64,000 nt of DNA from Octopus bimaculoides. Lineage: Eukaryota. The notes under the pieces were generated by a model. That model searched no databases, had not been told where the DNA came from, and was given only the letters and a program-made list of their open reading frames with translations. Every line of letters begins with the position of its first letter. The stretch's first letter is position 1. Below, piece by piece: positions 55,300-64,000 of the stretch. The translations under genes were made by a program, and so were the position numbers. The stretch lies in contig NC_068984.1 in assembly GCF_001194135.2 (NCBI RefSeq), positions 20,869,117 through 20,933,116 on the forward strand. The letters are read 5' to 3'.

Positions 55300-56070
55300 T
55301 CCTTAAGACATCCAGAGACCCAGCAAGAATAACTGTATTATTAGCAAAATCCAGATCAGTAATCCTGGTTTCACTAATGAACGCTCCACAACTTGATCGA
55401 ACAACCATCCGGTCAAGAATCCAGGCCATGCAGGCATTGAAAAGAGTGGGAGCCTAAACACAACCTTATCAAACCACTGAGCTGTAACTGTGAAACAGTC
55501 AGATGCTGGGCCCCCAATCCGAACTACACTAGCTGTTCCAGTATACAAAGCCACCATTGCCTAACTAGTCGGGGAGGTATAGCTCGCAGCACCAGAATCA
55601 TCCAGAGTATACCCCTGTCCACCGAAGTGAACGCCTTGCAGAGGTTGACACAATTTACAAATAGCCTCTGCTGAAAACTCTGCCTTGCGCTCAATGAGTA
55701 CACGGAGAGCCAAGATCCTGTCAGTATTTGACCTCTTTGGCGTAAACCCTGACTACACAGAAGCAAGCAGATGATTTCATATTATGTTTTAGCATTACTC
55801 TTGCAAAGATCTAACGGGGCACTGAGAGGAGTATAACAGCCCTATAATTGTTCAGTTGTGGCGGTCACCTTTACCTTCTCAGATAATTATGTCCTTCTAG
55901 TTAGGCGGTGTGATGCCACTGTTCGAAATTGAGCAGATGATCTGTCACAAAAATAAGACTGCAGCAGGCTCACTTTTGCTTCATAATTTCCCCATAGATG
56001 CCACAAACACCAGCAGCTTTCCCACCTCTCAGCTGATTTACTGCCGCACAAACCTCGTCTGTGAATAGTG
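55300..56070 (-). pseudogene. RTE (BovB-like) LINE RT fragment
   Basis: KGDRHN..GFTPKRSNTDRILAL..NLCKAFTSVDRGILW..ALYTGTASVVRIGG..; many frameshifts. Confidence 0.75.
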
Positions 56071-56379
56071 GAATATGACACCATCCAAAAAAAGAACATC
56101 AATAAAACACTATACAAAGCATTATCATCAACGACAATGATTACACTCAACCTCAAATATAACCACACTGCAACATCATATCAATTTTTTTTTGAAAATC
56201 AGCCACCTAGCAGCGAAGACAGGAACACAAAGTAAAGTGCAGTTTCTACATAGACAATAATGATTTTAGCCCTTACCTTCTATCCAGCACTTAAAAAGCA
56301 AACGGTGGATACAATGACATGCTGCAACGGCTCATGGCTCCATACCTGACCTGACCATGTTGTAACACATGTTTGGCAG

Positions 56380-57010
56380 TTTTCTGGGGGTGGGGTAATG
56401 ATTTATAATTTTTTGTTACTCCATGTTTAATTGTTTGATGCTGTTCGGCTCTGGGTGGTTTTAGTGAAATGTGTTTAATATTGTTCTGTCTCTGGTTCTC
56501 ATGAGATTAGCTATTTCCGGTATGTAAACAGGATACTATTTTTTGTGTTGTCTTATGGAATATGTATTATTTTACGTATATTTATAACTCTTTTCTTAAA
56601 TGTACATACTGCTGTGTTGATGTTGGTGATTGTGTCGCTGCAGAATTCTGAAAAAATTGTTTTCGTTTGTCAATGAAACTCGATCCATTGTGATATTTTA
56701 AAGCTTGTATGAAGACTTTGCTATCTTTATTTATATGCATGCTTTTGAGAGGATAATTGGTAGGTGGTCCTTGGAAAGTTAGGAACTTCTTTGCCAGGTG
56801 CATATGATAGTTTGTAGAGAAGGTGATACCTGGGGGAAAATTTTGGGGGTTAGCTTGATAATGAATGTTTGTGAATTGTTTAAGATATAAAGAGAATCTA
56901 GTTTTGTCATCTGTACTGTTTGAAAACTAGCCTTGACTGTATTGAAGCTTCTCCTAAATGATGGTGTTTGTGAGAATGTTAAATTGTTGTACTTGGAGTA
57001 TAAAACTTGG
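56380..57010 (-). pseudogene. Possible Penelope-like RT C-terminal remnant
   Basis: Highly decayed frames (e.g. YSIRQHKK.YPVYIPEIANLM..RTILN) resemble the IFNRNTxKxSYSCMPN..II..HN..IL region of Penelope RTs; by-eye similarity only. Confidence 0.4.
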
Positions 57011-57091
57011 TGGGACGGTTGGAGAGGTCATTGGTGCTGTGTGTGTGTGTGCGTGCGTGCGTTTGTGTATGTGTGTGAGTGTGTGAGTGTA

Positions 57092-57133
<42 letters not shown>

Positions 57134-57678
57134 CTTATATTAATGTAATTCATGTTTTTTTTATTGCTCAGCCACATGGCCAACAAAAAGTGCAACCAAA
57201 TTCCCCTGAAACACTACCCTGACATTTCCTAAAATATTTAAACATATGGAAATATACCAATACTGAATATGATATGGCCAAAGAGAAGACGTTATGGTCA
57301 CGGCTAGGATGCCAGTCAAATTTTGTGTGCATGATACCCAGGCTTATTTCTCTTGCTTCAATGCTGCCATAGAACAACTGCTAAGAATGTGTTCAAAACG
57401 GGCTTTAAAACGCCTGCAAAGGTCAGTGTCTTACAATGTCTAGAAAATATAAAAACAGCACCAAATACAATAGAGAACAAATAATCCAGAAAAATAACTG
57501 ATTTTATAAAAGCTGGAAAAAATATTGCTAACACCAGTAACGATATCAAGACGTATCGTTGTTATCTCCCTTCCCTACGTCACAAGCCTGCATAAAATAT
57601 ATGTCAAGTATGAATGTTTCACAAAAAATATATTTATAATTATGATATAAATATTAAAATTTTTTTATAGTAAATCAC

Positions 57679-58429
57679 GGATCTAGTTCAAAACGGGGGC
57701 ACCAGTTTTCATTTATGTTTTATGTAGTGTTTTTGTTACCGAAAGACTTTCAAACTTTGTATACTTATCTATTTTGTGTTATAGAACAGAAAAAAAATTT
57801 TGTATTCGAATTTATTTCATGTAAAAAATTGTCTTATTTCGATAATTTCAACCAATCACTGACAAGTATTCAGCTGTTTACAGTTACTCCTTTGGCAGTT
57901 TAAGCGGTGTAAAGCGTATTTAATCTCCAAGGGTTAGGGTTAGAGTTAAGGTTAGGGTTAGTCCTAGAAATAGCAGCCAAATATTCCTCAAATCACGTTA
58001 CATAGAAAATTAGCGAAAAGTTGTTGAACAGAAAATAAATACAAACACAGATATGCACAGCGTATATAATTGACTTGCTCCTTCCCTCAAAAACCAAGCC
58101 TTGTGCCTATAATAGAAAGGTTTATTAGCTCCTGCCAATATGCTTCAGCCATCTTTTGACAAGGAAATAATAATTTTATCACCGCCAGAATCGTTTGAGA
58201 ACCGTTTGTTTACGTAGTCAGCACTCACTGTATTCGACTGAATGGACGTCAGTCATTGGTTGAAATTACAGAAATACGACAACTTTAACATGAAATAAGT
58301 TGCAATCTAATACTTTTTCTTAAGAAGACTAAGAGAAAAAGATGTTTTATATGACACATTCTACCAGTGTCCCAAGTTTCAAAGTGTTTCGTTAAGAAAA
58401 TACTGGCGCCCCCGTTTTGAACTAGATCC
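57679..58429. mobile_element. Non-autonomous DNA transposon (MITE), 27-bp TIR, 8-bp TSD TAAATCAC, Merlin-like; internal TTAGGG-like tract
   Basis: GGATCTAGTTCAAAACGGGGGC(A/G)CCAG at 57679-57705 and inverted at 58403-58429; TAAATCAC at 57671-57678 and 58430-58437. Confidence 0.9.
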
Positions 58430-59053
58430 TAAATCACTTACAACAATAAAAGAAAATACACATCTGTGGAATTTTAAAAAAAACTATCATCACTCACAAT
58501 ATTCACGGGGCAAATAATTCAGGAAACTACATAATTCTGAATTATTTTCAAATTAGACTATAGAAATGCTTTCACAGCGGTAATGGTGTCATAACGTATA
58601 AAAATGTGAATTTAATATATAGATATTAGAAATGACATTTGTAAATTGTAATATGAAAGGCTACTACGAGATCCACTCCTTGACGCGGTGTGCCTCAATG
58701 ACTTTGAGAGCTATGCTAGCAAAGTGCAAGCTCCTGGTACGACCTCCCATGCTAGACAGGTCGAACTGATATGAAACGCCTCTTCTCAATGGGTATGCGT
58801 TGAGCCAACATTCCTACCTACAAAAATGCAAAGTTGATTAGAGATGCATATATCATCAGCCACTAAGGGACATGCTCAATTGGTTAAGGTGAAACAACTG
58901 ACAAGCAAATCTGTGGTATTGAGTAGAATATTTACTGCAACCCATCTTTTATACTAAGACAAAAACTGCGCATGATGATAACACTCCAAATCAATTAAGA
59001 TCATAAGCCATGAGAGCCACTGCCTGGTATTGCATCAGGGCATTTATTATTAT

Positions 59054-59495
59054 TGAGCTGACAGAAGCGTTAGCACTCCGGACGAAATGCTTAGCGGTAT
59101 TACGTCTGTCTTTACGTTCTGAGTTCAAATTCCGCCGAGGTCGACTTTGCCTTTCATCCTTTCGGGGTCGATAAATTAGGTATCAATTGCGTACTGGGGT
59201 CGATCTAATCGACTGCCCCCCCCTCCTCCAAAATTTTGGGCCTTGTGTCTAGAGTAGAAAAGATTATTATTATTATGAAGGCAATGAGTTGGCAAAATCG
59301 TTAGTATGCCGGACAAAAGGCTTAGCAATAATTTCCCGGCTCAGAACGTTTCTAAGATCAAATCCGCCGAAGTCAACTTGGCCTTTCATCCTTTCCGGGT
59401 CGATAAAATAAAGTACTAGCTAAATTCTGGGAATGATGTAGTCGACGAACTCCTTTCCTCTAAAATTACAACTCTTGTGTCAAAAATAGAAATAA
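59054..59495 (+). mobile_element. Two head-to-tail copies of SINE family A
   Basis: 59054-59276 (GTTCAAATTCC B-box, ATT tail) immediately followed by a second copy 59277-59495. Confidence 0.85.
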
Positions 59496-59873
59496 TTGTT
59501 GTTGCGATTGTGGCGGCGGCGGCGGCGGCAGTGGTAGTATGGGAGTGATGATGACGATGGGGATACTGAGCGTGGTGCCGATGATGATGCGTTCGTATTG
59601 TTTTTAGTTTTTGTTGTTGTTGCTAAGCATAAATAAAGGCTTCCTTCAAGTACGAGGAAATGCTTTAGATTGATAAAGATCTTTGCATACTTTAGGGGCC
59701 AAAAACCAGGTTTTCCTTTCCAAAATTTAGTAAGGAAATATTTTCGTAGCATTTCTTACTTTCGTTCTATTTCTTTAATTTCCCCCTTCATTTTCTGTCG
59801 TCCCGCATACCTACCTACCTACCTACCTACCTACCTACCTACCTACCTACCTACCTACCTACCTACCTACCGC

Positions 59874-59926
<53 letters not shown>

Positions 59927-60049
59927 ATGTCTGTCTGTCTGTCTGTCTGGTCGTCTATCAGTCTGTTTGTCTGCCTCACCGTCTGTTTGCCCATATACAT
60001 ACATGCATACATACATGCATGCATGCATACATACATACATACATACATA

Positions 60050-60106
<57 letters not shown>

Positions 60107-61289
60107 CGTGTCACTCCGTCGGTTACGACGACGAAGTATGTACATATATGTATGTATATTTACAAATATATATATATATATATANNNNNNNNNNNNNNNN
60201 NNNNNNNNNNNNNNNNNNNNNNNNNNNNNNNNNNNNNNNNNNNNNNNNNNNNNNNNNNNNNNNNNNNNNNNNNNNNNNNNNNNNNNNNNNNNNNNNNNNN
60301 NNNNNNNNNNNNNNNNNNNNNNNNNNNNNNNNNNNNNNNNNNNNNNNNNNNNNNNNNNNNNNNNNNNNNNNNNNNNNNNNNNNNNNNNNNNNNNNNNNNN
60401 NNNNNNNNNNNNNNNNNNNNNNNNNNNNNNNNNNNNNNNNNNNNNNNNNNNNNNNNNNNNNNNNNNNNNNNNNNNNNNNNNNNNNNNNNNNNNNNNNNNN
60501 NNNNNNNNNNNNNNNNNNNNNNNNNNNNNNNNNNNNNNNNNNNNNNNNNNNNNNNNNNNNNNNNNNNNNNNNNNNNNNNNNNNNNNNNNNNNNNNNNNNN
60601 NNNNNNNNNNNNNNNNNNNNNNNNNNNNNNNNNNNNNNNNNNNNNNNNNNNNNNNNNNNNNNNNNNNNNNNNNNNNNNNNNNNNNNNNNNNNNNNNNNNN
60701 NNNNNNNNNNNNNNNNNNNNNNNNNNNNNNNNNNNNNNNNNNNNNNNNNNNNNNNNNNNNNNNNNNNNNNNNNNNNNNNNNNNNNNNNNNNNNNNNNNNN
60801 NNNNNNNNNNNNNNNNNNNNNNNNNNNNNNNNNNNNNNNNNNNNNNNNNNNNNNNNNNNNNNNNNNNNNNNNNNNNNNNNNNNNNNNNNNNNNNNNNNNN
60901 NNNNNNNNNNNNNNNNNNNNNNNNNNNNNNNNNNNNNNNNNNNNNNNNNNNNNNNNNNNNNNNNNNNNNNNNNNNNNNNNNNNNNNNNNNNNNNNNNNNN
61001 NNNNNNNNNNNNNNNNNNNNNNNNNNNNNNNNNNNNNNNNNNNNNNNNNNNNNNNNNNNNNNNNNNNNNNNNNNNNNNNNNNNNNNNNNNNNNNNNNNNN
61101 NNNTGTGTGTGTGTGTGTTTGTATGTGTGTATGCATGCATGTATGTATGTATGTATGTATGTATGTATGTATGTATGTATGTATGTATGTATGTATGTGT
61201 ATACATACATGCATATATAGACATTAAACAGGAACACAAGCGTATGTATATGATTATGTATATGAATATATATATATATATATTTTTAT

Positions 61290-61615
61290 TTGCTGAGTCT
61301 GGAGGAAGAGGCAGTGGCCATGACCTTTGCAAGCCCTTCGAAAGCGGTGAGCTGGATGCCATTAATGTTCCATATAAACTGTCGCAGGTCAACACCTGCA
61401 GGAAAGACATGAACAGGGAGCAGATTCTAGACGGGAGATGTTTATAAGAGTAAAGTCTGGGTGAAGTGATCAGTTCAGGGGTGGTGGTGGTGGAGGACGC
61501 ACCAAGTGTGATGTGAGGTAGAGTGAATCAAGGGTACGTGAGTGGAAGAGGTAAGAAATCAGCCATCTCCGAGAAGTAGAGTATATTACAGAAAAGAAGT
61601 GGTGAGGCATTAATA
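61290..61615 (-). pseudogene. Jockey/CR1-group LINE 3' end fragment
   Basis: Decayed TDHFTQT..TS.V.NLLPVHVFPAGVDLRQF resembles the LWNxLP..VFP...DL..FK C-terminus of such ORF2 proteins. Confidence 0.5.
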
Positions 61616-62058
61616 CTGTACGTATGTGTGTATGTAAATATATATGTGTGCATGTCTATTTACCTGTCTGTCTGCCTGTTTCTCTCCCCGCTCTTTCTCT
61701 GCGAACTCTGTCTTTTCAGTTCTGTTTATCCAATAACCTTATTGTCCTCTCGCATCTTGAACAGTGATTAAAAAATCAATCCTTTTTGTTCTATCTCAAT
61801 CAATCTAAACCGTTAGCACCACCACCACCACCACCACCACCACCACCGCCGCCGCCGCTAGTTCTTCTTCTTCTTCTTCTTCTTCTTCTTCTTCTTCTTC
61901 TTCTTCTTCTTCTTCTTCTTCTTCTTCTTCCACTACCACCACCATCACCACCACCTCCCCTCCCCTTCCTCTTCCTCCCCGTTCCAAGTGGTTTTCTGTA
62001 AAGGACATCAGCAGGTCAGAAAGTAAGTAACCATGTTAAGGAATTGCACGCTTCGCTT

Positions 62059-62072
62059 CCACCAGGTGGCGC
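62059..62072 (+). promoter_or_regulatory. CTCF consensus motif
   Basis: CCACCAGGTGGCGC, with TGCA 14 bp upstream of the core start (62045), where the upstream CTCF module usually lies. Confidence 0.4.
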
Positions 62073-62385
62073 ATAAGTCGGATGATTCTCTTAGCCACGG
62101 TCGTCGTCAGATTGTCAGATTTACACAGCTTGAATAGACCATGGAATCGTTGGCCTTTTTTTCTAGTAGTAGTAGTAGTAGTAGTAGTTGTTGTTGCTGT
62201 TGTTGTTCCTGTATGGTTGTCTTTACAGCTATGGTCGTCTTTTATTGTTTTCGGTTTTGTTCATTTTGCTGTTTTAGTCGTTATTTCAACTGACATTCTC
62301 CAGCTTCCTCAACACATATACACACTCTCTTTCGTGTGTACTCGTGTCATACAAATACCCACGTACCACGCTCCCACGCACAATT

Positions 62386-62426
<41 letters not shown>

Positions 62427-62583
62427 CACGTACTCACATATACATAAATACACACTCGCACGTATGTCTAAAAACTTCACTGCTACACAATATGTGTACG
62501 TGTGTGTGTGTGTATGTGCGTGTGTGCATCTACCTATTTTATCTATCTATCTATATCATATATGCGTGTACAGACACTTGATT

Positions 62584-62620
<37 letters not shown>

Positions 62621-62731
62621 CACTTATTCACAGATTAGAATATATTCCTGTGTGTGAGTGTCGTGTGGGCTGTGTGTCATATACCTTTATATGTTCACAC
62701 ACTTGTACACACAAGTTCCTATACACATATG

Positions 62732-64000
62732 TATCAGGTCATCCCATAAGTTCTGTCCGAATTTTCTCATCGCAGATCGGTGGCTATCGGACGCTGACGA
62801 AGGGAAATAACCCTGAAACTCGAGTCCATTCGTGCTACAGATCACGATGAGAGGGATAACTTCCCTTGGCAAAACAAACAGGACACAGAAGTGTGTCGAT
62901 AAGCCAGCTGGAGGAGATGTCCTCCTGGGGCTAAAAACAACAGTAACATCCACCCCTAGGGGTCAGCCACATTTATGTGGCAATATACTTCACTTTATCG
63001 TGCAGTTACTGTTAATACCTCATTTAGAGAATTAACATTAAGTGATCAAATGTTATATTTAATTGAAATTTAATCATCATTGTGCTTTCCCTGATTATCT
63101 ATGACTTTCTTCCATCTATTTACAAGCGTTTTAATCCCATCAATATAAAACTCTTTTGGTTTCAAAGCGAAGAATTCTGAAATGTCAGTTTCGACCTCCT
63201 CTTGGCTTGCGAAAGTTATGTCCCCCAAATGATTCTGTAAACTACGAAACAAATGGTAGTCTGAAGGAGCAAGGTCGGGAGAATAAGGTGGATGAGGAAT
63301 TTTTCCCAACCAAGATCTTCGATCTTCTGTGATGTGATCTTTGCAGTGTGGGGGTCACGCATTGTCCTGATGAAACATCACTCCTTTTCAATTCACTAAA
63401 GCNNNNNNNNNNNNNNNNNNNNNNNNNNNNNNNNNNNNNNNNNNNNNNNNNNNNNNNNNNNNNNNNNNNNNNNNNNNNNNNNNNNNNTGGTAACAATTCA
63501 AAGTGAATTACTCCTTTGCAATCCCACCAGATAGAGAGAAGAACCTTTTTCCCATGAAGTTCCCTTCTCGGTTGTGGTTGAGCTTTCCCCCTTTTACCAA
63601 GCCACTGTTTACGACGTTTAACATTTCGATAGAAGATCCATTTTTCCTTATCAGTCACAAGTCTATCCAAAAAGGGTGAAATGAGTTCGCGAGAATGGAG
63701 AGAAGAGCAGATGTCAACTCGGGATTTGCGGCTGCTTTCGTGCAATTCATGAGGCACCCATTTTCCAAGTTTAGGAACCTTTCCAAGTTGTTGAAGATGA
63801 CGATGAATAGTTGTGGGGTTTGAACTTAGCTTTATTGCCAATTCTTCAACTGATAATGCAGGATTTTCTTCCATTAATGCCTCAAGGAGCTTATCATCAA
63901 ATTCAACTGGACGTCCTGTTCGATCTTCATCTTCAAGGCTGAAATCTCCACTTCTGAAACCGACTGCGTCTAAGAGAGTTGCATTGAATGCTGAAGTACA
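62732..64000 (-). mobile_element. Mariner (DD34D) transposon, inactive, runs off the window end
   Basis: WVPHEL and HPPYSPDLAPSDYHLF motifs; first catalytic segment VTGDEKW mutated to VTDKEKW; stop and frameshift near 63310-63360; TA plus TIR-like TCAGGTCATCCCATAAGTTCTGTCCG at 62732-62759. Confidence 0.9.
62788..62832 (+). ncRNA. Minimal type I hammerhead ribozyme
   Basis: CGGACG-CUGACGA-AGGG-aaauaa-CCCU-GAAA-CUCGAG-UC-CAUUCG: complete core, 4-bp stem II, palindromic stem III, GUC cleavage triplet (after 62826), stem I 5 of 6 pairs. Confidence 0.8.

Noticed and set aside
59670-61447. Long ORFs of 300-500 aa (also at 22208-23206, 29844-30845, 36322-37348)
   Set aside because: They consist of N gaps and microsatellites, not coding sequence.

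Overview
Repeat-dominated, AT-rich animal DNA with many N gaps. The SINE families, dense (TA)n/(CA)n/(TATC)n/(TATG)n and trinucleotide microsatellites and the LINE content suggest an octopod cephalopod (Octopus-like) draft assembly; this is inference from repeat content, not a search. I recognise no host gene, only a few unsupported candidate exons (best: 38006-38122, +). Supported features are decayed mobile elements: RTE, CR1/L2-type, Jockey-type and RLE-clade LINE fragments (R4/Dong-like, HERO-like, possibly CRE-like), a gag-like zinc-knuckle ORF remnant, a Penelope-like RT remnant, a dead mariner, two related 8-bp-TSD MITEs carrying TTAGGG tracts, foldback repeats and many SINEs. The most striking signal is a set of minimal type I hammerhead ribozyme motifs from at least four sequence families. 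The best sits in a 248-bp hairpin-rich insert flanked by CTCAT repeats inside the mariner end, a candidate retrozyme-like or Penelope-derived element. Also notable: a thrice-repeated ACTCGGGCT-N9-GAGCCTG site, an RTE with twin-priming geometry and a 34-bp inverted copy at a LINE 5' junction. All alignments and folds were done by eye.
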